From IMG/VR virus record IMGVR_UViG_3300050014_000899: a stretch of 64,000 nucleotides of DNA. The stretch is one strand, 5' to 3'. The translations under genes and the position numbers were made by a program. Every line of letters starts with the position of its first letter. Positions within the stretch are counted from its first letter, which is position 1. The notes under the pieces are model-generated. The model saw nothing but the letters and a program-made list of their open reading frames with translations. It had not been told where the DNA came from and did not search any database. This document shows, piece by piece, positions 29,813-40,230 of the stretch. Source of the stretch: a virus.

Positions 29813-30044
29813 AAAATCAGATTTGAGAATTCTCCGAAAGACCAATCGGGTAGAATTTGAATATAAAGGAAACTTTTATGTTTATGAGTTTCGTTCAGAT
29901 TCTTCCTCGGGATTTGCTTTTATATTTTCTGCTGGTCAAAAAATTTATGGGCCTTATAAAACCGATACAACTCCACTAGGACAAGAAGTCTATGATGCTC
30001 TATATAAATTGATACATCCAGTTCACCAAAACTATTCAAAATAA
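29796..30044 (+). CDS. Hypothetical protein
   Basis: Operon packing. Confidence 0.5.
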   Translation: MAWRSKKSDLRILRKTNRVEFEYKGNFYVYEFRSDSSSGFAFIFSAGQKIYGPYKTDTTPLGQEVYDALYKLIHPVHQNYSK

Positions 30045-30046
30045 AT

Positions 30047-30102
30047 TTAACGGATTTTTAACAAGAAATATCAAATTTTTAAAAATATTTAATGTACATT
30101 TG
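30047..30102 (+). promoter_or_regulatory. Promoter with TTAAC-N6-TTAAC and TACATTTG
   Basis: ttaac at 30047 and 30058; -7 box at 30095. Confidence 0.75.
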
Positions 30103-30119
30103 CCTCACATTTATTAACA

Positions 30120-30890
30120 TTGGACAAAATGAAGATTGTAATTTACACTCCTGAACCTGAAGTGATTAATATCTTTAATCGCTATTCTAAGGTATCAGCG
30201 AGTAATGCTGGGTATGGGAAAGGTTCAATCACTCTTCAGAAAGCTGACGCTGAAGTTATTTCAGTTAGAACTGAGCGTGTTCTTTTTGATCTTATTGCAG
30301 ACGATACAATAGAGGGATTCGCTATTCATACTCCGGCTTCATTTGCTAAAAAAGCAATAGATTTTATAAAGAGAAAATCCCCTTATATTCCAATTGTGCT
30401 GTTTGGAACTCTTGATGGTCTTCTGGAAGTTACAGGAGCGGATATTTATATGCCATTCGCGGTAGGAACTGATATGTCTACTTCTTATCAGACATTATAC
30501 GATGTCGTTATCAGCAATATTTCCAATTATTCAAAGAGCTTTGATAAGCTTAAAAAACTTACAACCAAAATGGCTGAAGTTATTGAATTTGGAAATTGCA
30601 AGTATGATCCGACCAGAAGAACCTTATTCTTCAAAGAAAAAGAAGTTAAGAAACTCTCGGCTAAAGAAGGCGGCATCATGGAAATCCTTTCATCCAATTA
30701 TGGCGAAGTAGTTAAGAGAGAAATCATACTTGAAAAGGTTTGGCACAAAGATGACTATTTTGCTGGCAGATCAATGGATGTATATGTTACGAATCTGCGT
30801 AAACTCTTCGGAGCTAAGAAAGTAAATCTCAGCATTAAAAATATTTCAGGCGTTGGATTAATACTCGAACATGAACCGGTCAACAAGTAA
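30120..30890 (+). CDS. OmpR/PhoB-type winged-helix regulator with degenerate receiver-like domain
   Basis: LSAKEGGIMEIL..VVKREIILEKVW..GRSMDVYVTNLRK..IKNISGVG. Confidence 0.85.
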   Translation: MDKMKIVIYTPEPEVINIFNRYSKVSASNAGYGKGSITLQKADAEVISVRTERVLFDLIADDTIEGFAIHTPASFAKKAIDFIKRKSPYIPIVLFGTLDGLLEVTGADIYMPFAVGTDMSTSYQTLYDVVISNISNYSKSFDKLKKLTTKMAEVIEFGNCKYDPTRRTLFFKEKEVKKLSAKEGGIMEILSSNYGEVVKREIILEKVWHKDDYFAGRSMDVYVTNLRKLFGAKKVNLSIKNISGVGLILEHEPVNK

Positions 30891-31215
30891 TTCAGAACAT
30901 TTTCTTGAAACCCTTAAAAGACTCTTTGATAATGGAGCTCGTGGGTTTACTTTGAAAGTCACTTACATGGCAGATCCGGAAGGCCATTATCGTCGATGGA
31001 GCCCCTTTACACCAAAGTCTTATATTATGTCTTATGAACTAGAGCCGATAGAAGCTGAAGAAATTCCCACAAATTTTTATGATCCGGAATTATCTGAAAA
31101 GATTACAGAGGAGGGGAGAAGACTGATAAATCGTTTAAACAATCAGAATCCAATCTGCAATTGTTCAGCGGAGGATGTTCCTCATTATCATAATAAAATT
31201 GATGAAAACAATTGA
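30871..31215 (+). CDS. Hypothetical protein
   Basis: ORF. Confidence 0.45.
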   Translation: MNRSTSNSEHFLETLKRLFDNGARGFTLKVTYMADPEGHYRRWSPFTPKSYIMSYELEPIEAEEIPTNFYDPELSEKITEEGRRLINRLNNQNPICNCSAEDVPHYHNKIDENN

Positions 31216-31370
31216 TATGTACCGTCTTTTAAAAAAGACAAAATCCTATAATAAGAAGCTAGAAAAACTCACTAAACAGCTTATAAAAATATTGGATTCT
31301 CATCTTTAATTTTAACGTTTTTTAACGGTTTAGATTTTTGTACTTGGAAAGTATTTTGTACATTTATCTT

Positions 31371-31453
31371 GGCTTAGCTCCGATTGGATTATAGCCCAAA
31401 CGAGAGGCCGGGAACGATAAAAAGCTGAGGGTTCGAATCCCTCCCAAGCCACA
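31371..31453 (+). ncRNA. Isolated tRNA-like RNA with no clear anticodon arm
   Basis: ggcttag/ccaagcc acceptor, gaggg-ttcgaat-ccctc T arm, ACA end; directly after a promoter. Confidence 0.55.
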
Positions 31454-31474
31454 AACCAACTAAAAAAAGTAAAA

Positions 31475-31930
31475 ATGAAACGTACAATTTTAATCGCATC
31501 TTTAATTTTCCTTTCTCTGACCGTAATGGCTCAGGTGAATCTTGAATCTGGAGCATATAAAGCTTTTTATGGTGAAATAACCAAAAATGGTACAAAAGTT
31601 CAAAAAGGCCCTTCTAATTTGGTGGTTTATTTTGCAGGTAATGCAATGCTTACTAATTTTCCAAAATCAAATCCGGCCCGTATAATTCACTTCAATACAA
31701 AAACAATAAAAGAAGGAGTTATCAGCGGAATTAAAACCACGACTCTTCAAGGTATGGACGTAGATGGAAAACATTGCTTACTTTCTATAGGATATGATAG
31801 CATTAAAGAAATCTATTTACTTTTTCTCCAGTATCCGGAATACGGCCTTTATTATGAATGTAAACCCACAACTGACAGACCATGGTCCTTCACTCCTGAA
31901 GAAAAAGAACCTATCATAGCATTATTCTAA
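31475..31930 (+). CDS. Secreted hypothetical protein
   Basis: Signal peptide MKR..VMA-Q typical of Bacteroidota. Confidence 0.6.
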   Translation: MKRTILIASLIFLSLTVMAQVNLESGAYKAFYGEITKNGTKVQKGPSNLVVYFAGNAMLTNFPKSNPARIIHFNTKTIKEGVISGIKTTTLQGMDVDGKHCLLSIGYDSIKEIYLLFLQYPEYGLYYECKPTTDRPWSFTPEEKEPIIALF

Positions 31931-32250
31931 TGAATGAAGAAAAAAATACCATTATAGAATTGATCCAGTCTTCTCTCATGGGGAAGCTGGATCCTTCAAC
32001 GAACTTTAGCCCCCAAGCCCTCGCAGATGCTCTGATAACGAAAATAGACTTCAATCGCCCAATCAGTGAGGCTGGGTGGACTAAGTTAAATGATACCCGA
32101 AATAAACTTAATGAAGCTATCGGAACTCTGGATGCCAGTATGAAAGCCGAGATGAAGCTTCTTAAACCTGAAGAAAAACTTTTTGCTAATTTCATCCGTG
32201 GAAAACTTACAGCGTATGCTGAAATCCTGGATGTTTTAACTCGAATTTAA
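31930..32250 (+). CDS. Hypothetical protein
   Basis: TAATG coupling. Confidence 0.5.
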   Translation: MNEEKNTIIELIQSSLMGKLDPSTNFSPQALADALITKIDFNRPISEAGWTKLNDTRNKLNEAIGTLDASMKAEMKLLKPEEKLFANFIRGKLTAYAEILDVLTRI

Positions 32251-32457
32251 AATGGACAAGAAAAAAATTGTAGCGGAGATTCAATTTGATATTGAACGTG
32301 GAATCTATGATAGCTTCCCAAAATTAAAAAGCCGATTATTATTCATATCGGAAAAACTGATCAAGTCCATTTATATCGTCAATCAGGAAGCTCAACTTTC
32401 ACGAAATGAAATGGAAACTCTGATCGAAAACGAATATGTAAAAAAAGAAGATTTATA

Positions 32458-33567
32458 ATGACTTATACAATAGAAGATCTTAGATCACAGGGCCTTATAA
32501 TAATGGAATCCAGAATGGGTTCTCATGCTTATGGTACGTCCACTCCAGCGTCAGATGTGGACTTGCGGGGCGTATTCGTCCAGCCATTGGATGATGTTCT
32601 TAAATATGGTTTTGTCGATCAAATATCCGACAAAACCAATGACGTAACTTTTTATGAACTTGGAAGATTTGTTGACCTGGTTATAGGAAACAACCCGAAT
32701 ATAATAGAGATGCTTGCCGTTCCGGATGATTGTATGATACTTAAACATCCTCAATTCAAAAGAATCGAATCTCTTAAGCCTCAGATACTTACTAAGAAAG
32801 TTCGCTGGACTTTTGCAGGTTATGCAGTTGATCAGATACAGAAAGCAAGAGGGTACAATAAGAAGATGAACTGGGAAGAAGCTCAGATGACTCGTAAGAC
32901 TGTTCTGGATTTCTGCTATGTTCTTAAGGACGGAGGAAGCATGCCATTCAAACTTTGGATGGAATATGAACCCCTGATGAACACTCGTATACTCAAGAAC
33001 TTTGCAACTCAGAAAAATTTTGGTCTTGCAGCTATAGATCATGGGCACGATCTTTATGCAATGTATTACAATCCTGCTCCAGAATGGGGGATAGTTTCTG
33101 ATGAAGAAGTTGCTAACGAAGTTCAGCTTTGGTCAATACCCAAAGGTCTGGATCATATAGGTTATCTTTATTTCAACCAGGAAGGTTATACTTCTCATTG
33201 CAAGAAATATAAAGAATATCAAACCTGGCTTAAGGAACGTAACGAGAACAGATTCAAAATGAACAAGGAGCATGGTAAGAACTATGACTCCAAAAACATG
33301 ATGCACACTTATCGTTTACTTCTCATGGCTCAGGAACTTGCTGAGGGGAAACTATTGGTTCGAAGAACTGATGATCAGATAGACAAACTCATGAAAATAA
33401 GAAGAGGTGAATATGAGTATGAGGATCTTCTTGCTGAAGCTGAAGGCATGATAACCGGCCTCGATGCTCTTTATGCAGCTTCAACACTTCCCGAACATGT
33501 CAATAAAGAAGTGGTTTTGAATACATTGCTCGATATGAGAAGACATTTTTATTTCTCAGAAGCATAA
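32458..33567 (+). CDS. Pol-beta superfamily nucleotidyltransferase (YcgL/RlaP-like)
   Basis: GSHAYGTSTPASDVDLRGVF, NNPNIIEML, YDSKNMMH..RLL, IRRGE. Confidence 0.85.
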   Translation: MTYTIEDLRSQGLIIMESRMGSHAYGTSTPASDVDLRGVFVQPLDDVLKYGFVDQISDKTNDVTFYELGRFVDLVIGNNPNIIEMLAVPDDCMILKHPQFKRIESLKPQILTKKVRWTFAGYAVDQIQKARGYNKKMNWEEAQMTRKTVLDFCYVLKDGGSMPFKLWMEYEPLMNTRILKNFATQKNFGLAAIDHGHDLYAMYYNPAPEWGIVSDEEVANEVQLWSIPKGLDHIGYLYFNQEGYTSHCKKYKEYQTWLKERNENRFKMNKEHGKNYDSKNMMHTYRLLLMAQELAEGKLLVRRTDDQIDKLMKIRRGEYEYEDLLAEAEGMITGLDALYAASTLPEHVNKEVVLNTLLDMRRHFYFSEA

Positions 33568-34006
33568 TGGGAATAATTAATCATTTTGCGGACGAAAAAG
33601 AAGAGGAAGAAGACGACAATTACAGCGGAGTAATGGCTTCTCACTGGCATAAAAAATACAAGGAGGAAGGGATCGATGATGAGATTGGCCCCTTCTCTCA
33701 TTTGAAAGATGAAAAGCCAAAGGAAAAACCAAAAAAAGAAGATTTTTCATTATTTAAAAGATATAAAGATGTGGATTAAAAGAGAAAATTGTCAAACAGT
33801 AAATACTGATTTAGTTCAGACAATATACAAATCCGGTTCGGGGGGTTCCTGGAGTGTTAATTTTTTTCCAGTTCGTTCTCAGAGTTCCGTTATTGAATAT
33901 TTTTTCAAAACTAAAGAAGCAAGAGACGAATATTATGAAGCCGTAATGTTAAATTTAGGCGCAATAGATTTGTAAAAGGGGATTCAACTCGATAAATTAA
34001 TTTAGC

Positions 34007-34582
34007 ATGGAACCAAAATTCAATAATAGACCCAATGAAGAATTGAAACTTCAGGATCGTATTGTTTGGCTTAGCCGTAGTGTAGCTATTGTCGGAATTG
34101 TCTTGGGAAAATTTATGGGAGACACTTATGTCTTAATTGAAGAAAGATCCCAGACTATGATGGATCAACCCGGAAAATGGTGTCTTCCGTGTGGATATAT
34201 TGATTGGGATGAGAATGGATTGCAAGCTATTACTCGGGAGCTTTATGAAGAAACTTCCCTTTATCTTCCAAAATATAACAGGTTTCTTGTCAATGCAAAT
34301 AAATGCGAACCCTTTCGGGTTAATACGGAAGCTACAGAAAACAGACAAAATATAGTTCTATACTTTGGATTTGTTTATGATTTTAATAAAGAAGGTTTGC
34401 CATTAGAACCCCTATCCCATATTGATCATGAAATATCGGATGTTAGATGGGTTAAGCTGAACGAAGTCAATGATTATAGTCTTGTATTTGGTCATGATTT
34501 AAGAATTGTTCAGGCTGAAGAATATTTTTACAAAAGTCTATTACCTTGGTGGAAAAGATGGATTAAAAAGTTATTTTGCTAA
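34007..34582 (+). CDS. NUDIX hydrolase
   Basis: WCLPCGYIDWDE..AITRELYEETSL. Confidence 0.85.
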   Translation: MEPKFNNRPNEELKLQDRIVWLSRSVAIVGIVLGKFMGDTYVLIEERSQTMMDQPGKWCLPCGYIDWDENGLQAITRELYEETSLYLPKYNRFLVNANKCEPFRVNTEATENRQNIVLYFGFVYDFNKEGLPLEPLSHIDHEISDVRWVKLNEVNDYSLVFGHDLRIVQAEEYFYKSLLPWWKRWIKKLFC

Positions 34583-34623
34583 AACTTTTATCCCCCTCCC
34601 CTCTAAAATATAAAAACATAATT

Positions 34624-35580
34624 ATGAGCGTTGTAACAGATCTGTTTACAGAAAAATACCGTCCCAAAAAATTGGAGCAGCTTATTGCTCCCCCACGAAT
34701 TAAGAAACAGCTGGAAAAGGGTCTAATCCAGAATATCTTACTTTATGGCTCTCCGGGAACTGGCAAATCTTCTACTCTTTTTATTATTGCTCAGGGTCAT
34801 CCATATCTTTATATTAATGCGTCGAGCGAGCGTGGAATAGAAACCATGAGAGAAACTATTCCTAGTTTTTGTTCCTCAATTTCTTTATTGGACGGAGAGG
34901 AACATCTAAAATGTGTTATATTAGATGAGCTTGATGGAGCAACCCCTGAATTTTTCGGTGCATTTAAATCGGCAATGGAAAGATATTCAGCTACAACTCG
35001 TTTCATCGCTTCCTGCAATTTTCTTCCTAAAATTCCGGCCGCTATTAGGGAATCCAGATTTTTGGAAATAGCTTACGACCCCATTAATGAACAGGAAAAA
35101 GTATATCTTATAGGAGAATATAAAAAGAGAGCTGCAGCTATTTTAAAAGCCGCTAATATTTCTTACACAGATCCAGATTTGGAAAGATTCGTTTTAAACG
35201 ATTTTCCGGATTTAAGAGCGATCATGAATAAAATACAGTCTCTTTATTTAAGAGAAGTATCCGAACTGACCATAGAAAATATGGCCACAGCTTCGGATTT
35301 TCAGGAATTATTTCATCTTTGTCTTGAACCGCCAAAGAAACCATGGGATAATTATAAAATGGTAGTTAATCAATATGGTTCAAGGGTAGACGAAGCTTTA
35401 TCAGCTTTAGGAACTGATTTTCCAGAATATCTTAAAAATATGGCTCCTGCCAAATTAGATAAGATGCCAGGAGTTATCATTGAAATAGCCGACTATCAAT
35501 ATCGGAAAGCATTTGTCATTGATCCACTCATAACTCTTCTAGCTTGCATTTTTAGACTTCAACAAATACTTGAAAAATAA
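34624..35580 (+). CDS. Sliding clamp loader large subunit (T4 gp44/RFC-like AAA+)
   Basis: EKYRP, GSPGTGKS, INASSERG, ILDELDG, FPDLR. Confidence 0.9.
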   Translation: MSVVTDLFTEKYRPKKLEQLIAPPRIKKQLEKGLIQNILLYGSPGTGKSSTLFIIAQGHPYLYINASSERGIETMRETIPSFCSSISLLDGEEHLKCVILDELDGATPEFFGAFKSAMERYSATTRFIASCNFLPKIPAAIRESRFLEIAYDPINEQEKVYLIGEYKKRAAAILKAANISYTDPDLERFVLNDFPDLRAIMNKIQSLYLREVSELTIENMATASDFQELFHLCLEPPKKPWDNYKMVVNQYGSRVDEALSALGTDFPEYLKNMAPAKLDKMPGVIIEIADYQYRKAFVIDPLITLLACIFRLQQILEK

Positions 35581-35643
35581 AATTTCCATAACCGCGAACT
35601 TTTAATACGACTGTTTGAATATATAGAATAAATATTCAAACAA

Positions 35644-36372
35644 ATGAAAAAATATTATTATATTTATGAAACCAAAAATATCTTAAATAATAAATTATAT
35701 GTTGGATTTCATTCTACCGATAATTTGGAAGATAATTATTTAGGAAGTGGTAGATTTTTAAAAAGAGCTATAAGAAAATACGGAAAAGAAAATTTTGAAA
35801 AAAACATATTAGAATTTTGTTCTGAAGATAATTGGCAAGAAAAAGAAAATTCCTGGATTAAAATAAAAAATACATTTTCTCCATTCGGATACAATCTTAC
35901 GTTTGGTGGGGAAGGAACCCCGGGTATGATTGTTCCTCAGGAAAGAAAGGATCAAATTAGTAAAACTCTTAAAAAAGATAACAAATTAAAAGGAATCAAA
36001 AAATCCGAAATTTGCAAAAAAAATATGAGTTTGGCTAAGAAAGGAAAACCTTCCGGGTATAAGGGGGTTTCTCACTTGCAAAAATTGATAATGGCTTATG
36101 GCGAAAAAATCGGGAAAATAAAATATGAGAAATTTTTAGAAAATCAAAGTAAAAGCCATTTAGGAAAAAAATTAATCAGGGATGTTTGGAATAAAGGGAT
36201 TTCATGTTCAGAATTGCACAAAGAAAATTTAAGCAAATCTTTAAGAAATAAGAAACATAATATGAAACTGGTGGTTTGTCCTCATTGCGGGAAAAAAGGT
36301 AAAGGGGGAAATATGACTCGCTATCATTTTGATCATTGCAAATTTAACGAGAATTTAACCTCAATAAAATAA
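35644..36372 (+). CDS. GIY-YIG homing endonuclease
   Basis: YIYETKN..YVGFH, YLGSG, GYNLT.GGEG, C-terminal CPHCGK..RYHFDHCK. Confidence 0.88.
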   Translation: MKKYYYIYETKNILNNKLYVGFHSTDNLEDNYLGSGRFLKRAIRKYGKENFEKNILEFCSEDNWQEKENSWIKIKNTFSPFGYNLTFGGEGTPGMIVPQERKDQISKTLKKDNKLKGIKKSEICKKNMSLAKKGKPSGYKGVSHLQKLIMAYGEKIGKIKYEKFLENQSKSHLGKKLIRDVWNKGISCSELHKENLSKSLRNKKHNMKLVVCPHCGKKGKGGNMTRYHFDHCKFNENLTSIK

Positions 36373-36412
36373 AAGATGAATATATTTTTCGTACATTTGA
36401 TAAAAAATAACT

Positions 36413-37597
36413 ATGACGAATGCTATTTTTGATTTAAGTAATATGTTTTTCCGGAGTTTGTTTATCGTAGGAGGTTATGGGTCGAAGCAGTATACTTTTC
36501 ACAGCCAGTCCGAATTGGATCAGCTAATGAGAAAGGTTGCGACAGATGTTTCTCAGGTTATCAGACAAGTAAATCCTTCTCGTATTCTTTTCGCTATGGA
36601 TTCAAAATCCTGGAGAAAAGGAATTTCTATTGACGAGAACGAAGGTTATAAAGGTCAGAGAACAAAATCTGAAAATATTAACTGGGAAGGGGTATTTAAG
36701 ATTATGAAAGAATTTTCTGATATTTTGCAAACTAATGGATTCATCGTATCCCAGTTTGAGAAAGCTGAAGCAGATGATCTTATTGCATTATGGAGAGATG
36801 AATTCCTTTACAAACAAAATCAGCATGTTATTATAGTATCAGCGGATGAAGACGTACGCCAATTGGTTGCATACAATTCTAATTGTCCAAAACCAGTAGT
36901 TTGTACAGTTTTCAACCCATTTACTCAGGGGAAAAATGCTTCTAAAAAGCTATTCGTTCCTAGAGAATTTTTTGATTGGATAAAAGACGAAGATAATGGA
37001 GATATTTTTGACCGTAGTATTGATGTGGATAAGGAAGATTTTCAAAGGATCTCGAACGACGGAAAAGTAAAAGTTGAAGAAGTATTTGGTCCGGAAATTG
37101 CTCTGAAGAAAATCTTCTGTGGCGATGATGGGGATAATGTTCCAGCAATTTATACTTGGATTGTTAAAGATAAAAACGGAGAAGATAAGGAAGTTCGAAT
37201 AACCGATTCAAAATATAAAAAAATCATCGAACATATTGGTGCTAAAGAACCTAAAGATCTGGTTGGAAAATCAAAAGAAATTTATGACGAAATAGCTCTT
37301 ATATGCGGTCATCAGCCATCTTTTAATCCCGAAGATCGTTTAATGAGACAGATGAAATTAGTCCTTCTTTTGGATTCTAATATATTTCCTATAGAAATAA
37401 CTTCTGCATTTAAAAATAGAGTTACAGAAGAACTTTCTAAACCCCAAATTCATCCTCAAAGTTGGAATATGCTTTCAATACTTGAAGGAACTAGATATGT
37501 AACTCCGGGAGGAAAATATAAACCAAATACAGGTAAGGAAGCTTCTATATTTGGGGATACAGATAAAATGATAGCTAAATCTAAATCATTATTCTAA
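36413..37597 (+). CDS. T4 RNase H-like 5'-3' exonuclease (FEN/PIN fold)
   Basis: D.SN, SWRK, YKGQR, EADDLI, SADED, GDDGDNVP. Confidence 0.85.
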   Translation: MTNAIFDLSNMFFRSLFIVGGYGSKQYTFHSQSELDQLMRKVATDVSQVIRQVNPSRILFAMDSKSWRKGISIDENEGYKGQRTKSENINWEGVFKIMKEFSDILQTNGFIVSQFEKAEADDLIALWRDEFLYKQNQHVIIVSADEDVRQLVAYNSNCPKPVVCTVFNPFTQGKNASKKLFVPREFFDWIKDEDNGDIFDRSIDVDKEDFQRISNDGKVKVEEVFGPEIALKKIFCGDDGDNVPAIYTWIVKDKNGEDKEVRITDSKYKKIIEHIGAKEPKDLVGKSKEIYDEIALICGHQPSFNPEDRLMRQMKLVLLLDSNIFPIEITSAFKNRVTEELSKPQIHPQSWNMLSILEGTRYVTPGGKYKPNTGKEASIFGDTDKMIAKSKSLF

Positions 37598-37854
37598 TGG
37601 CAAGTTTACAAAATAAAGGGGTTCGACTAATGGATTTAGCCGGATATGAGCGGGATACCAGGGATCTTGACGATCTTAAAAAATTCGAACAATCACATTT
37701 ACAAACACAAAATACAATGGAAAAAACAGTAAAACCAGTTTATAAGATCTTCAATATAAAAGATCTCTTAGCTGAATTAAATTTCGAAGGAAGAGGTAAG
37801 GGAAGCAAAACTGAAGATTATCTGGAAAGCGTTTTTGCAGAACATCAAACCTGA
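37597..37854 (+). CDS. Hypothetical protein
   Basis: TAATG coupling. Confidence 0.45.
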   Translation: MASLQNKGVRLMDLAGYERDTRDLDDLKKFEQSHLQTQNTMEKTVKPVYKIFNIKDLLAELNFEGRGKGSKTEDYLESVFAEHQT

Positions 37855-37893
37855 AGAGAAAAAATAGGTAACACCTAGAATCTCCAAATATTA

Positions 37894-37932
37894 AAAAGCC
37901 CTGTCGAAACTAGTTATTTCGTCAGGGCTTTT
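37894..37932 (+). terminator. Hairpin terminator (possibly bidirectional)
   Basis: aaaagccctg..cagggctttt. Confidence 0.7.
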
Positions 37933-37949
37933 ACACTTTTAACAAGAAA

Positions 37950-38264
37950 ATGATGAATAAAAAAACAATTAAAGAAATTAAAAAAATATCGCCGACATTT
38001 AAGGAATATTTTGATGCCAAACGTATTGTGGAATTATATGAAAAAATGGAGAAATATAATAAAAAATTTTACGTACAAATGCCATTTAATTTTTACAGTG
38101 TAGGAACTTTTGGTGGTTGGGAAAATGGGTGTTTTATGTTGAAGATTGAAGATGTGGAACCCTATTCTCACATAAAGGATTCCCATTATGTTTGTACACC
38201 GATTGAAGATGTTTTTGAAAAGAAGCAAAAATCAATGAAACATTTACATGTTGGTATTGAATAG
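37950..38264 (+). CDS. Hypothetical protein
   Basis: ORF. Confidence 0.45.
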   Translation: MMNKKTIKEIKKISPTFKEYFDAKRIVELYEKMEKYNKKFYVQMPFNFYSVGTFGGWENGCFMLKIEDVEPYSHIKDSHYVCTPIEDVFEKKQKSMKHLHVGIE

Positions 38265-38328
38265 CAAGTTAAATTAACGAGAAAAAACGTATTTTTAAAA
38301 TTATTTTTAGTATATTTGTCCATCGGAG

Positions 38329-38949
38329 TTATTTAAAACGACAGTTATTATTATGCCATCTATTATAATTTCCAACATTAGTTATTTTATGACAATGAGG
38401 GCATTCTTTTAATTTTTTAGCTGATTGACTCATTTTATCTCGGGATTTTTCGGGAATATGTTCTTTGATTTTTTTCATTTTATCTATGGATTCTGTTGAA
38501 TGGGTATGGTTTTTAAAAGCTGAAACTTTACCAAACATGGGGTGATTTATTCCAAGACGTTTTCCTTCTAGAGATTTAGCTATCTTTTCTTTTGTTTTCT
38601 CATTATGATGTTTTCCTAAATGAGAGTTAGCTATTTTTTCTCGAGTTTTTTCAGATATAGGATTAAATGTAAAAGTATCCCCTCCTTCCCCTCCTAAAGC
38701 AATATTATATCCGTTAGGCTGAAGGGAGTTATTATTTTTAATCCAGAATATTTCCCTTTCATTAAGGGATTCGGCAGAACAATATTCTAAAATTTCTTTA
38801 GAAAAAGATTCTGCTCCGTATTTTTTTATAGCTCTGGAAACTATTTTTCCCGAACCCATATAATTATCTAATTCATTTTCGGTAATGTGTTTTCCAATAT
38901 AAATTTTATCATTATGAATATTTTTTATTTGATATACCAAATACTTCAT
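38329..38949 (-). CDS. GIY-YIG homing endonuclease inserted antisense to its neighbours
   Basis: LVYQIKN..IYIGKH, YMGSG, NGYNIALGGEGG, NUMOD3, CPHC..RWH..C. Confidence 0.88.
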   Translation of the reverse strand: MKYLVYQIKNIHNDKIYIGKHITENELDNYMGSGKIVSRAIKKYGAESFSKEILEYCSAESLNEREIFWIKNNNSLQPNGYNIALGGEGGDTFTFNPISEKTREKIANSHLGKHHNEKTKEKIAKSLEGKRLGINHPMFGKVSAFKNHTHSTESIDKMKKIKEHIPEKSRDKMSQSAKKLKECPHCHKITNVGNYNRWHNNNCRFK

Positions 38950-38976
38950 TTAATTTCTTATTTTTAATATATATCT

Positions 38977-39402
38977 ATGGAACTTTTCCAGTTAACTAAA
39001 GCTATGTTTGAATCTCCAGGTACTTATTCTGGAGCAACCAAAGGCGACAAACGAAAAAACTTCTTCATGATTCAAAGAAGAATGGCTATTCAATATCCTA
39101 TCCTAGCTAATATGCTTCAACGTGTTAAGATCAATCAGGAAGCCGTTGTAGATTTATGGCAACGATATTTAAGATCAAATCAACATTATACTAAGACCCC
39201 ATTTTGGATGTACACAGAGGGGGTTAAAAAAGCTCAGGAGAAGAAGGAAAAGAAAATAAACATCTCAAATGAAACAGTATTCGAATACTGCAAATTTTAT
39301 CAGCAGGACCCCAAACAAATAAGAGATGCTATTAAGTTCTATCCAGCTGAAATGGCTAAAGAACTTAAAGAATTTGAAAAATTACAACTTGAAATTCGGT
39401 GA
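38977..39402 (+). CDS. Hypothetical protein, possibly clamp-loader small subunit (gp62-like)
   Basis: FMIQRRM..A..L..W..K..EYCKFY pattern; near gp44. Confidence 0.4.
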   Translation: MELFQLTKAMFESPGTYSGATKGDKRKNFFMIQRRMAIQYPILANMLQRVKINQEAVVDLWQRYLRSNQHYTKTPFWMYTEGVKKAQEKKEKKINISNETVFEYCKFYQQDPKQIRDAIKFYPAEMAKELKEFEKLQLEIR

Positions 39403-39605
39403 CAAGTATAGCTAAAACCAGGGATGTTATCAAAGCTTATAGAATAGCTAAAATGCCTGGGGTCCTTCAATATCTTCTAAGAGAGGATTTAGAATTTGAG
39501 GAAAATACTTGGGTTGCCAAAGCAAAAGAACTAGCGGTTAAAAACCAGTTATTAAGTTTAGAAGAAGAAATTAATTTGATTATATATAAATTTAAACTAT
39601 AGAAG

Positions 39606-40133
39606 ATGAAGGAGCAGAAGGAAGAACGAATTCTTAATTATACGATTAAGGATTTATCAATAAAAGAAATTTGTCCAAATTCGATCGATAATGTTATTAT
39701 TTCCATATCCGATGACAGCCAATATCATATGGATTTGCCCTCTACCATGGTTGGGGACAGTTTTAAAAGATGGCTACAAGGAATAGGGGGAATTTTCAAA
39801 AAAGATATATTTAATTTTCTTAAAGGAAAGCCCCATGGCAAATATATCCTTATGGAAGGCCCCGATGAAAGATCTATTCTTAGATTAATTGAAGATGAAG
39901 AATTTCCGGATTTTGAATTAAAGCATCTCGTTCATGGAAAAGTTAAAGATAAACCCTATATGATCCTGCGTACACTTGGACCAGACCAGAGCTTGACAAA
40001 TAATCAAAGATATATATTAGAGAACCCTATCATTGAGGAACCCGAAGAAGAGGTTTCTGATGAAAATGATAATATGCCTCCAAAGAATGAGGAGGACAGT
40101 TTAAGCCATTCAGTATCCCTGTTCACGGATTAA
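39606..40133 (+). CDS. Hypothetical protein
   Basis: ORF. Confidence 0.5.
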   Translation: MKEQKEERILNYTIKDLSIKEICPNSIDNVIISISDDSQYHMDLPSTMVGDSFKRWLQGIGGIFKKDIFNFLKGKPHGKYILMEGPDERSILRLIEDEEFPDFELKHLVHGKVKDKPYMILRTLGPDQSLTNNQRYILENPIIEEPEEEVSDENDNMPPKNEEDSLSHSVSLFTD

Positions 40134-40230
40134 ACTTCTAAATTCCCAAACTAAAATAATTTTGCACTGACTTCGATGGGAATACTATTCGCAGCTGGGT
40201 AGAGTTATACACTAAACTAAATTGTAAATT

